DNA of 64,000 nucleotides from Acidimicrobiia bacterium. Its GTDB lineage: Bacteria; Actinomycetota; Acidimicrobiia; IMCC26256; JAENVU01. Position 1 is the first letter of the stretch, and every line of letters begins with the position of its first letter. Under the pieces are notes generated by a model. The model was not told where the DNA came from. It saw only the letters and a list, made by a program, of their open reading frames with translations, and did not search any database. The position numbers and the translations under genes were made by a program. Positions 49,671 to 58,684 of this stretch are shown here, piece after piece. Where the stretch lies: NCBI GenBank assembly GCA_038252255.1, contig JBBSAM010000021.1, positions 10,293 through 74,292 on the forward strand. The letters are read 5' to 3'.

Positions 49671-50210
49671 GTGACCGAGACTGATCCAAGCATCGTTCTG
49701 ATCGACGACCTTGTCGTCGACGATCGCGAATCCACGACGATCCGGGTGCCCCTGCCCTCTGGGCCGGCGGACGTGAGGGCGTTCGCGCGCCTCGCCGAGG
49801 TGGTCCACCGGGTGGCCGCGACGGAGATACCGACCGACGAGTTGAGCATCGGCGACGCAGCAATTCTCGTGCACGCCCGTCCCCCCGAGCCCAGCGGACC
49901 GGGGCCCCGACTGCGCCAAGAAGCCCTCGACGCGCTCGCTCAAGCCGAATCGGACCACGAGGCCGCACTCGCGCAGTCCCACCGGTGCTGGGAGGCCGTT
50001 CATGAGCGCGAAGAGCAGGCGACGGGCTTGATCGCCGAGGAGTCGGCGGCCCTGCGTGCGTTCGAGCTCCTCCGCGACAGCCGCCGGGATGCCGAGCGGT
50101 CACTGCGCCGGGCTCGCGCCGATGCCGAAGCCGCCAGCCAGCACTCCCTGATCACCTCCCGACTCGTCGACGGCGCCCGTATCCGGGCTGAGCGGGCACT
50201 GATGCGTTAG
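49671..50210 (+). CDS. Hypothetical coiled-coil protein
   Basis: RBS GGAGG before GTG 49671; Ala/Glu/Arg helical C-terminal half. Confidence 0.55.
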   Translation: MTETDPSIVLIDDLVVDDRESTTIRVPLPSGPADVRAFARLAEVVHRVAATEIPTDELSIGDAAILVHARPPEPSGPGPRLRQEALDALAQAESDHEAALAQSHRCWEAVHEREEQATGLIAEESAALRAFELLRDSRRDAERSLRRARADAEAASQHSLITSRLVDGARIRAERALMR

Positions 50211-50239
50211 CTCGTCGCGCTGAAGTCGGCGGTGCGGAG

Positions 50240-50443
50240 TCAATCGAGGGGATGCTCGTTGACGACGCGGTCGATCTCCATCTCCTCGTCGGCGTGTGAC
50301 GTGTCGGGCTCCTCGAGGATCGGTCCAGTGTCGGGAACGCCCTCGTACCCGAGCTGCTCGACTTCGTGGCCGCCCTCTCCTATCGCGGCTGAGATGTCGA
50401 TCTTGGGGCGGTCGTCGCTGCGCTCGACCGGGTCTGGTGGCAT
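50240..50443 (-). CDS. Small acidic hypothetical protein
   Basis: 67 aa, strong RBS AGGAGGAG 5 nt before ATG. Confidence 0.6.
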   Translation of the reverse strand: MPPDPVERSDDRPKIDISAAIGEGGHEVEQLGYEGVPDTGPILEEPDTSHADEEMEIDRVVNEHPLD

Positions 50444-50611
50444 TTGGTCTCCTCCTGGCCGGATCCATGCTACGGGCGCGCGACCAGCGGGCGCGGGTCG
50501 CCCGCACTCGAGCGAGCACTACACCCGAGCTGCCGTTGTCCGGTCCGATCCGCGCAAGCCGTTGTCGACGGGCCGCGGGTGGCTGCACCGTTCGCCTGTC
50601 AGAGTGGCCGT

Positions 50612-51400
50612 GTGGCTGAGCAGCAGCTCGATGGCGGGACCGCGAACGCAGGCCGGGTCGTGCGCGTCGGTTCGCATGTGCTTTGCCCCTCGAGCCCGCA
50701 CTCGGGTTCGATCCACGCCTTCCTGCGGGCGGTGAGGAACACCGGCTTCGAGGGCGCATCGTCACCAGTCGGCATCGACGGGGACGGACGCGAGCGTCTC
50801 GTGTTCATCGACGGCGAGGTCCCCCTGGTGCCCTATCCGGACTGGAGCCAGACCGACACCGCGCTGGCGTCCATCGCCAGGCTGCTGCGCGGGCTGCACG
50901 ACGCCGCCCGCGGGTTCGACCCTCAGGCTCTCAGCTGGGACGACGCTCTGGCTGACCCTGCGGGTGGGACGCTCGTGTGCCACAACGACGTGGAGCCTTC
51001 GAACGTCGTCTTCCGTGACGGCATCGCCGTTGCGCTGCTCGACTTCGAGTTCGCTGCCCCTGGCCGCCCCGTCTACGACCTCGCCCAGCTCGCCCGCCTC
51101 TGCGTACCGATCGACGACGAGCTCGACCAGGCCCGGCTCGGCTGGCGGCCCGCCGCCCGGCCGGCCCGGCTACGGCTCGTCGCCGACGCCTACGGACTGG
51201 ACCGGGACGGCCGGGCGGAGCTGCTCACCGCCATGAACGATGCCATCGCCCGCATCGAAGCAGCCGTGCGGCGCCGCGTCGACGCCGGTGCCCCGAACAT
51301 CACCGCGATGTGGAACCGGACCGGTGGCAGCGAACGCTACGACCGCCGGCGCCGCTGGTGGACCGACCACCACGACCAGTTCGCCGCCGCCCTCGACTGA
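50612..51400 (+). CDS. Aminoglycoside phosphotransferase/kinase-like protein
   Basis: LDGG..N, CHNDVEPSN, LDFE. Confidence 0.88.
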   Translation: MAEQQLDGGTANAGRVVRVGSHVLCPSSPHSGSIHAFLRAVRNTGFEGASSPVGIDGDGRERLVFIDGEVPLVPYPDWSQTDTALASIARLLRGLHDAARGFDPQALSWDDALADPAGGTLVCHNDVEPSNVVFRDGIAVALLDFEFAAPGRPVYDLAQLARLCVPIDDELDQARLGWRPAARPARLRLVADAYGLDRDGRAELLTAMNDAIARIEAAVRRRVDAGAPNITAMWNRTGGSERYDRRRRWWTDHHDQFAAALD

Positions 51401-51471
51401 CGCGCGGGCGCCGAGCGGCCGGTGTTCATCGTCGGCGGCGACGCGCCTGCATGGGGGTAGCGTCATCGCCC

Positions 51472-52488
51472 ATGAAGGTGGACGGGGGGCTGGTCAGCTC
51501 GACGCTCGGGGACATCCCGCGGCTGGCGAAGGAGCTGGAGGACGTCGGCTACGACGGCGCGTTCTCCGTCGAGACGTCGCACGACCCGTTCTTCCCGCTG
51601 CTGCTGGCCGCGGAGCACACCGAGCGGTTGGAGCTCGGCACCGGGATCGCGGTGGCGTTCGCCCGCAACCCGATGATCATGGCGAACATCGGCTACGACC
51701 TCCAGGCGTTCTCGAAGGGTCGTTGCATCCTCGGTCTCGGCAGCCAGATCAAGGCCCACATCGAGAAGCGCTTCTCGATGCCGTGGTCGCGGCCGGCGGC
51801 GCGCATGCGGGAGTTCATCCTTGCCATGCGCGCGATCTGGGCGTGCTGGAACGAGGACGTGAAGCTCGACTTCCAAGGCGAGTTCTACCGCCACACCCTC
51901 ATGACGCCGTTCTTCAACCCGGGCCCGAACCCGTACGGCAACCCGCGCGTGTTTCTCGCGGCAGTGGGAGAGCGGATGACGGAGGTCGCCGGCGAGGTGG
52001 CGGACGGCATCCTGCTGCACGGCTTCACCACGGAGCGCTACGTGCGCGAGGTCACGATGCCCGCGCTCGAGCGCGGCTGGGCGAAGGCCGGAAAGTCGCG
52101 GTCGGACTTCGAGGTCACCGGCCCGATGTTCGTCGTGACCGGGCCGACCGAGGAGGCACTCGCGTCGGCGCGCGCCGGCACGAAGCAGCAGATCGCGTTC
52201 TACGGGTCGACGCCCGCGTATCGGGGCGTGCTGGAGCTGCACGGTTGGGGCGACCTGCAGGCGGAGCTGAACCGGCTCTCGAAGCAGGGCGAGTGGGTCA
52301 CGATGGGCGACCTCATCGAAGACGACGTCCTCGACACCTTTGCGATCACCGGGGAGCCGGAGGACATCCCGAAGCTGATGCTCGCCCGCTACGGCGACGT
52401 GCTCGACCGGATCTCGTTCTACGCGCCCTACCGGTCGGATCCGCAGCGGTGGACCCGCATCCTCGCCGGCTTCCACGCCGGCGCCTGA
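51472..52488 (+). CDS. F420-dependent LLM oxidoreductase (TIGR03617-like)
   Basis: ETSHDPF, AFARNP, LGLGSQIKAHI, FYGSTPAY. Confidence 0.92.
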   Translation: MKVDGGLVSSTLGDIPRLAKELEDVGYDGAFSVETSHDPFFPLLLAAEHTERLELGTGIAVAFARNPMIMANIGYDLQAFSKGRCILGLGSQIKAHIEKRFSMPWSRPAARMREFILAMRAIWACWNEDVKLDFQGEFYRHTLMTPFFNPGPNPYGNPRVFLAAVGERMTEVAGEVADGILLHGFTTERYVREVTMPALERGWAKAGKSRSDFEVTGPMFVVTGPTEEALASARAGTKQQIAFYGSTPAYRGVLELHGWGDLQAELNRLSKQGEWVTMGDLIEDDVLDTFAITGEPEDIPKLMLARYGDVLDRISFYAPYRSDPQRWTRILAGFHAGA

Positions 52489-52499
52489 CCGCCCCCAAC

Positions 52500-52548
52500 A
52501 TTTTGGCGTCGCCTGGGCCCCGCATAGGTGCCGAAACGACGCCAAAAT
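52500..52548. repeat. Solo REP-like palindrome between convergent genes
   Basis: 12-bp perfect arms ATTTTGGCGTCG/CGACGCCAAAAT, 25-nt spacer. Confidence 0.75.
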
Positions 52549-52572
52549 CGCCGTGGGGTGGTGAGGTCCGGG

Positions 52573-53448
52573 TCAGGTCGAGGTGGCGAGGGCGAACTGG
52601 AGCATCGACTCGGCGGCATGGTCCGGGTCCTCGAGCGGGCCGAAGTGGCCCCGGTGCTCCCATACCTCGAGCGTCGCCCGCGGGATCCGGGCGACGATCC
52701 GCGCGGCCATCTCCGGGCTGATCGACGCGCTCGTCTCGCCGCACCCGACGAGCACCGGGCAGCCGACCTCACCGAGTTGCGGGTACAGCCCGAGACTCGC
52801 GCCCATCATGTACATCTGGGCCTCGTCCTCCGGCCGGGCCTTGAGCTCGACGGTGCCGTCCGGTCGATCGCGCAGGCCGTAGTCCACGTAGGCCGCGAGC
52901 GACGCAGGTGCGAGCGCGTCGAGCGGTGGCTTCGATTCGTACGACGCGAGCGCCGCTTCGCGCGACGGCCACTGGTCGCGGCGACGGCGGGCGCCGGCCG
53001 AGAGCGGGTTGTCGGTCGCGGCGAGGATCGGTGCGTCCGCCGGGACGATGATCGGCTCGTACGTCCATACGCGGGGATAGATGCCGGGCTCGCGAACGGT
53101 GGCCCAGAGCAAGGCAGCACCGCCCTTGGAGTGTCCCGCCGCGATCAGCCGGCGCGACCCCGCCAGGTCGAGATGACGCGTCACCGCGAGCGCGTCGTCG
53201 GCGAACTCCTCCCAGCGGTAGGTGCCGCCCGGTGACGGGTCGCTGTCGCCGTGACCACGGAAGTCGAACGACCAGACCCGCCGACCTGCCCGGACCAGCT
53301 TCGACGCGACCGGCGCCCAGACCCGGCCGTGGAATCCCGTCGGGTGGGCCAGCAGCACGGGATCGCCGTGGCCGCCCCAGTCGTGGATGACGAGGCCGAC
53401 CCCGGAAGGCGTCTCGATGCGTTCGGAGATCGGGGCGGTCAGCGGCAC
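52573..53448 (-). CDS. Alpha/beta hydrolase
   Basis: DFRGHGDS, nucleophile GHSKGG, GHFGPLE. Confidence 0.92.
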   Translation of the reverse strand: MPLTAPISERIETPSGVGLVIHDWGGHGDPVLLAHPTGFHGRVWAPVASKLVRAGRRVWSFDFRGHGDSDPSPGGTYRWEEFADDALAVTRHLDLAGSRRLIAAGHSKGGAALLWATVREPGIYPRVWTYEPIIVPADAPILAATDNPLSAGARRRRDQWPSREAALASYESKPPLDALAPASLAAYVDYGLRDRPDGTVELKARPEDEAQMYMMGASLGLYPQLGEVGCPVLVGCGETSASISPEMAARIVARIPRATLEVWEHRGHFGPLEDPDHAAESMLQFALATST

Positions 53449-53459
53449 GGTGGGTCATC

Positions 53460-53906
53460 ATGGCATCCGTGCCCGGATCCCAAGGCGGTGTGGAAGCGGC
53501 GAACGCGGCCTACTACGCCGCGTTCGAAGCGCGTGACCTGGACCTGATGGCCGAGGTCTGGGAGCGGTCGGACCGGGTCGCGGTGACGCATCCGGGATGG
53601 CCGACGCTTCACGGCTGGGCGCGGGTCGCGGGCTCCTGGGACGCGATCTTCGCCAACACGGCGTTCATCCAGTTCGTGCTCACCGACGAGGCAGTCCACG
53701 TGTCGGGCACGACGGCGTGGGTCACGTGCGACGAGAACATCCTGCAAGCCGGTGGTTCGCGGGAGGGTGGTGAAGACCTCGCCGAGCTTCAGGGCGGGCT
53801 CGTCGCCGCGACGAACGTCTTCGTCTTCGACGACGGCCGCTGGCGCATGGTGCTGCACCACGGCTCCCCGGTCGCGAGCGGGGAGCCCGAGACCGGAGCG
53901 GAGTAG
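53460..53906 (+). CDS. NTF2/SnoaL-like protein
   Basis: ANAAYYAAFE, HPGW, ATNVF, HHGS. Confidence 0.88.
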   Translation: MASVPGSQGGVEAANAAYYAAFEARDLDLMAEVWERSDRVAVTHPGWPTLHGWARVAGSWDAIFANTAFIQFVLTDEAVHVSGTTAWVTCDENILQAGGSREGGEDLAELQGGLVAATNVFVFDDGRWRMVLHHGSPVASGEPETGAE

Positions 53907-53908
53907 CG

Positions 53909-55057
53909 CTAGGGGGCGCTGCGCTCGTTCGCGTGGTCCTCGATGGCCTTGGCGATCGCGTTCGCGGCGCGGCCGACGAACTCTCCGCCGCTTCCCGTCA
54001 CCCAGTCGCACGACGACGCCGGTGCCTCGAGCTGACCCTTGTACTTCGGCATCACGTACTGGGCGAAGAGCTCGGCCGACCGGAGTGTGGCTGCCGGCGT
54101 CGCCCAGTCGTGGCCGAAGAAGAGGAACGCGCCGAACCCTCCGTTGCTCGCCTCGATCAGCTCGTCGATCTTGGCGATGGCGTCCTCGGGCGTCCCGATT
54201 ACGGCGAATCCCTGGGTCTTGTTGTTCTCGATGATCTCCTTGGCGTTCTCACCCTGGACCGGGCCGGCGGGAAGGACGTGGGTGAAGTACTTCGAGAACT
54301 GCTCGATGCCGTACTCCACTTCCTTCTCGGCCTGCGCACGCGTCTCTGCGAGGTGCATCGGTCCGACCAGGCGCCACTTCGAACGGTCCGCGATATGACC
54401 GTGCTCGAGCGCGATCTCCTCCCAGAGCGCCCAGTGGTGACCGAGCAGGTCCATGCCCTGTTTCGCGGTCGCCGCGACCGACAACATGCCGATCCCGTGC
54501 TTGCCTGCGGCGCGCGCGCCGGTGGGGGAGAACGATGCCGCAACCGCAATGTCGAAGCAGGGATCGCTGTATGGCCGTAGCTGCAGGCGCGCATCGCGCA
54601 GGATGAACCCGTCGGTCTCCATGCTCACCGTCTCGCCGCGCAGCAGCGCCATGATCGCGTCGAGCGACTCCTCCATGCGCGGCCGCTGCGCGTCGGCGGG
54701 GATGCCGAGCATGTGCGCGTCGGAGGTGAGCTGGCCGGGGCCGACGCCGAGCATCGTGCGGCCACGGGTGAGGTGGTCGAGGAGCACCATCCGGTCGGCG
54801 AGCAGCAGCGGGTGGTGATACGGGAGCGAGCTCACGCCGGTGCCGAGCTTGATGTGCTTGGTCCGCTCGGCCGCGATCCCGATGAAGACCTCGGGCGAGG
54901 CGATGATCTCGTAGCCCGCCGAGTGGTGCTCGCCGACCCAGGCCTCGTCGTAGCCCAGGCGGTCCAGGTGCTGGATCAGGTCGAGGTCGCGCTCGAGCGC
55001 CAGCGTGGGGTTCTGACCGACGGGGTGGAACGGGGCCATGAAGATTCCGAAGTCCAT
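53909..55057 (-). CDS. LLM-class flavin monooxygenase (limonene monooxygenase-like)
   Basis: FGIFMAPFH, GEHHS, LPYHHP, GVGPGQL. Confidence 0.92.
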   Translation of the reverse strand: MDFGIFMAPFHPVGQNPTLALERDLDLIQHLDRLGYDEAWVGEHHSAGYEIIASPEVFIGIAAERTKHIKLGTGVSSLPYHHPLLLADRMVLLDHLTRGRTMLGVGPGQLTSDAHMLGIPADAQRPRMEESLDAIMALLRGETVSMETDGFILRDARLQLRPYSDPCFDIAVAASFSPTGARAAGKHGIGMLSVAATAKQGMDLLGHHWALWEEIALEHGHIADRSKWRLVGPMHLAETRAQAEKEVEYGIEQFSKYFTHVLPAGPVQGENAKEIIENNKTQGFAVIGTPEDAIAKIDELIEASNGGFGAFLFFGHDWATPAATLRSAELFAQYVMPKYKGQLEAPASSCDWVTGSGGEFVGRAANAIAKAIEDHANERSAP

Positions 55058-55088
55058 GGCGCCATTCGACCCGTTCTTGACCGGACGG

Positions 55089-56456
55089 TCAAGACGAGGA
55101 CGACGGGCTCGACGGCGCGGCCGCCGGCAGCTCGAACCCTACGGCTGCCCCGCCCTCGTCGCGGTTCCGCGCCCACACCGTCCCGTCGTGGCGCTCGATG
55201 ATCTGCTTGACGATCGCGAGGCCGAGACCCGACCCGGGCTCGGTGCGCGCGGTGGCCGAGCGATAGAAGCGGTCGAACACGTACGGCTGGTCCTCGGGTG
55301 CGATCCCCGGCCCGTCGTCGCGCACTTCCACTCGGCGCTCTGTGATGACGATCTCGATCGGGCCCCGGCTGTACTTCGCCGCGTTGTCGACCAGGTTCGC
55401 GAGTGCGCGCTCCGCCATGTGCGGGCGCACGAGCACGGTTGCGGCGCTTCCGTCGTCGACGACCGTGATCTCGCGCCCGGTCCGGCGCCGGGCGCGCTCG
55501 GCGATGTCGGCGGAGAGCTCGCGCAGGCCGACGGGCTCGGGTGTCTCGTCGTCGCCACGATCGGTCGCGAGCTCGACGAGCTCGGAGACGAGGTCGGTCA
55601 GCTCGTTCACCTCGAGTCGGATCCCTTGCACGGCCCGCTCTCGCTGCTCGGCATCGAGCTGCCCGGAGCGGTCGAGGAGCTCGGCGTTCGTGCGCAGGCT
55701 CGTCAGTGGTGTGCGCAGCTCGTGGCTCGCGTCGGTGACGAGCTGCTGCTGCTGGCGCTTCGACACCGCGAGCGCGTCGACCATTGTGGAGAAGCTCGCA
55801 GCCAGGCTGCCGACCTCGCCACCGCCCGTCGCCGGTACCGGTGCTTCGAGGTCCTGCGTACGGGCGATGCGCTCGGCAGCGTCTCGAAGATGCTCGATCG
55901 GTCGCACCAGGCGCCGGGCGAACGCCCAGCCGAGCAGGGCCGCGGCGGCGATCCCCGCGAGGCTCAGCAGGAACAGGCGGAGGCGGAGTGACGCGAGCAC
56001 CGATTCGGTCTCCGCGAGCGACCGAGCTGACTGCAGCGCGCCGCCGGAGCGCCACGGGACGGTGAGCAGGCGGTAGTGCGTGCCGTTCACGGTGACCGTC
56101 CGCAGCCGCGGCGTGCCGCCCTCACGGGCGATCGCGCGATCGGCGGCATTGACCGGGAGGTCCACCGCGCCTTCGATGCACACGTCGACGGTTCCGTCAG
56201 CGGCGATGACCTGAGCCGCGGCGGCCGGCTGCACCGCGCCCGGCGGCGGGCACAGCGCCCGCACGGGAATACGGTTCCCGAGATCGCCCGGGCCGAACCG
56301 CGGGTTGGAGAACGACGCCGCGCGTCCGAGCAGCGACTCGTCGATGCTGTTGACCAACTGGTGCGACACGGTGAGGTACGCGCCGGTCGCGCCGGTCGCG
56401 CAGAACAACGCCGCGATCAGCGCGAGGCCAAGCGCGATTCGCCACCGCAGGCTCAT
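55089..56456 (-). CDS. Sensor histidine kinase (MprB-like)
   Basis: HAMP, DASHELRTP, NAAKYS, DDGPG, GSGLGL. Confidence 0.95.
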   Translation of the reverse strand: MSLRWRIALGLALIAALFCATGATGAYLTVSHQLVNSIDESLLGRAASFSNPRFGPGDLGNRIPVRALCPPPGAVQPAAAAQVIAADGTVDVCIEGAVDLPVNAADRAIAREGGTPRLRTVTVNGTHYRLLTVPWRSGGALQSARSLAETESVLASLRLRLFLLSLAGIAAAALLGWAFARRLVRPIEHLRDAAERIARTQDLEAPVPATGGGEVGSLAASFSTMVDALAVSKRQQQQLVTDASHELRTPLTSLRTNAELLDRSGQLDAEQRERAVQGIRLEVNELTDLVSELVELATDRGDDETPEPVGLRELSADIAERARRRTGREITVVDDGSAATVLVRPHMAERALANLVDNAAKYSRGPIEIVITERRVEVRDDGPGIAPEDQPYVFDRFYRSATARTEPGSGLGLAIVKQIIERHDGTVWARNRDEGGAAVGFELPAAAPSSPSSSS

Positions 56457-56466
56457 CGTGGCCCGT

Positions 56467-57162
56467 TCATGGCTCGCGTACGACGTACCCCACCCCGCGG
56501 ACCGTGTGCAGCAGGCGCGATTCGCCGTTGCCTTCGGTCTTGCGGCGCAGGTACCCGATGTAGACGTCGAGAGACCGGGAGCTGGTCTCGAAGTCGAAGC
56601 CCCAGATCCGGTCGTAGATCGTGTCGCGGGAGAGCACGATCCCGGCGTTGAGCATCAGGAGCTCGAGCAGGTCGAACTCCGTCTTGGTCAGGTCGAGTTG
56701 GGTGTCGGCGCGCTGAGCGGTACGGCGCTGCGGGTCCAGGACGAGGTCCGCGACGCGCAGCAGCTCCTCGGTCTCCGAGAGGCTGGTACGCCGGAGCAGG
56801 GCCCTCAGCCGGGCGAGCAGCTCGTCGAGCGAGAACGGCTTCGCGAGGTAGTCGTCGGCTCCGGCATCGAGACCCGACACGCGGTCCGAGACCTCGTGGC
56901 GTGCGGTCAGCATGAGGATCGGTGTGCGACACCCACCGGCGCGCAGGCGGCGGCACACCGTGAGGCCGTCGAGCACCGGCATCATGATGTCGAGGACGAT
57001 CACGTCGGGTTCACGCGCGGCGAACGCCTCCAGCGCCTCCGCCCCGTTGGTCACGGCCTGGACGTCGTAGCCCTCGACCTGCAGCGCGAGCACCAACGAC
57101 TCGCGCACGCTGCGGTCGTCCTCGGCGACGAGGACCTGCGAGCTCGACTCGTTCGCGGCCAT
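56467..57162 (-). CDS. OmpR-family response regulator (MprA-like)
   Basis: AEDD, LDIMMP, GADDYLAKPF, HTVRGVGY. Confidence 0.95.
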   Translation of the reverse strand: MAANESSSQVLVAEDDRSVRESLVLALQVEGYDVQAVTNGAEALEAFAAREPDVIVLDIMMPVLDGLTVCRRLRAGGCRTPILMLTARHEVSDRVSGLDAGADDYLAKPFSLDELLARLRALLRRTSLSETEELLRVADLVLDPQRRTAQRADTQLDLTKTEFDLLELLMLNAGIVLSRDTIYDRIWGFDFETSSRSLDVYIGYLRRKTEGNGESRLLHTVRGVGYVVREP

Positions 57163-57184
57163 GCCGCCAACGATACGGGGCATA

Positions 57185-57236
57185 CGCGAGAGCGGCGTAA
57201 GACCTACGGGCCCAGGTTTCTTACGTGCCTCTCGCG
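57185..57236. promoter_or_regulatory. Two back-to-back OmpR/MprA-type boxes
   Basis: TCTTACG-NNN-CTCTCGCG occurs on - strand (57185..57202) and + strand (57219..57236); hexamers 11 bp apart. Confidence 0.65.
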
Positions 57237-57311
57237 AACCTCGGCGGGCCCGCTTACGTCGAAGCCCGACGATGGTCTGGTCCTGCTCGCCGCCGAGCCG
57301 AGGAGTGCGCC

Positions 57312-57659
57312 ATGCCCGAGCCGCCGCCTCGGAGGAAGCGGGCTCATCCCGCGGCGAGAGCCCGCAAGATCGCCGCCGCCGGGAGTGTCGCCGCGCTGCT
57401 CGGCCTGGGCGGGGCGATGGCCCTCACGACCGCGCCCACGACGGCGACCGCGACGGACAACAGCTCCGACTCGACGAGCACCGGGACCGACACGAGTGTC
57501 GACGTGTCGTCGAGCTCGGGCAACTGGTCGGCCACCGCGGCCACGACGACCGACAACCGCGTCGCGACCTCGTCCGCGGTCGACTCCCGGCTGGCGACGT
57601 CGCCCGCGACGAGCAGCGCGACGACCACGACCGCGGATGCGTCCAGCCATGCCAGCTAA
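57312..57659 (+). CDS. Small exported Ser/Thr-rich protein, candidate ApbE substrate
   Basis: RBS GAGGAG; RRK + hydrophobic N-terminus; low-complexity body; ends DASSHAS; overlaps apbE start. Confidence 0.75.
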   Translation: MPEPPPRRKRAHPAARARKIAAAGSVAALLGLGGAMALTTAPTTATATDNSSDSTSTGTDTSVDVSSSSGNWSATAATTTDNRVATSSAVDSRLATSPATSSATTTTADASSHAS

Positions 57660-58584
57660 GGCGTCGTTCGCCGTCATGGGAGCGACCGTCGACGTGACGA
57701 TCGTCGGCCGTGACCGCGCGCTGCTCGAGTGTGCCCGGGGCCGGCTGGCCGACCTGGAGCGACGCTGGAGCCGGTTCATCCCGTCCAGCGAGGTCAGCCG
57801 GCTGAACCGGGCCGGTGGCATCCCCACCCGGGTGTCGCACGAGACCCGCCGGCTGGTGCGGCGCGCCCTCGATGGCTACGCGACGACCGACGGGCGCTTC
57901 GATCCCACCTTGCTGGGCGCCATCCTGCGCGCGGGATACGTCGACAGCTTCGAACGACTCGGGCGCCCGAGACCGCTCGCTTCGATGCTGCTCACCGGGG
58001 CCGACCGGATCGAGGTCGACGAGGTCGCCGGCACGGTGCGCATCCCCGCCGGGGTCGGGTTCGATCCCGGTGGCATCGGGAAGGGACTGGCCGCGGACAT
58101 CGTCGCGGAAGAGCTCATGGGGCTCGGTGCGACCGGGGTCTGCGTGAACGTCGGTGGCGACCTCCGCGTGATGGGAGCGCCCCCGGACGGTGAGGCGTGG
58201 CGCATCACGATCGACTCTCCTTGGGACGACGATGCGCCCGTCGCCCGGCTCCGGCTGCTCGAAGGCGCGGTGGCGACGAGCTCGCGGTTGCGGCGGCGCT
58301 GGGTGCAAGCGGACAGCTCCGAGCACCATCACCTGATCGATCCGGCGACCGACACGAGTGCTCATTCGCCGGTGCTCGCCGCGACTGCCGTCGCTGCCGA
58401 GGGTTGGCAGGCCGAGGTGCTCGCGAAAGCGGCGTTCCTCGACGCGGGCCCCGGCCTCGACCTGGTCGAGCGGCTCGGCGCGGCCGCGCTGGTGATGGTG
58501 CCCGACGGGTTGCTCACGACCTCGACGTGGGCCGAGCTCACCGACGGTGCCGGAGCTGCCGTCTCGCGCCAGCGCCTTCTGTGA
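57649..58584 (+). CDS. apbE: FAD:protein FMN transferase
   Basis: VMG, WSRF..SEV, FDPT, DPGGIGKG, NVGGD, ATS, HHLIDP. Confidence 0.93.
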   Translation: MPAKASFAVMGATVDVTIVGRDRALLECARGRLADLERRWSRFIPSSEVSRLNRAGGIPTRVSHETRRLVRRALDGYATTDGRFDPTLLGAILRAGYVDSFERLGRPRPLASMLLTGADRIEVDEVAGTVRIPAGVGFDPGGIGKGLAADIVAEELMGLGATGVCVNVGGDLRVMGAPPDGEAWRITIDSPWDDDAPVARLRLLEGAVATSSRLRRRWVQADSSEHHHLIDPATDTSAHSPVLAATAVAAEGWQAEVLAKAAFLDAGPGLDLVERLGAAALVMVPDGLLTTSTWAELTDGAGAAVSRQRLL

Positions 58585-58684
58585 CGGGGCGGGATCGTGC
58601 ATACGCCGGTGAAGCAGGATTCGCAGCCACTCGCGCTGTACCCCACCGCACCGCCGGCCAACGCCGCGCTCTCGGAGTTGAGGC

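Noticed and set aside
56305-57648. Long N-terminal extension of ApbE in the 759-aa ORF
   Set aside because: Overlaps the response regulator antisense and the small protein out of frame; ApbE homology starts at 57649.
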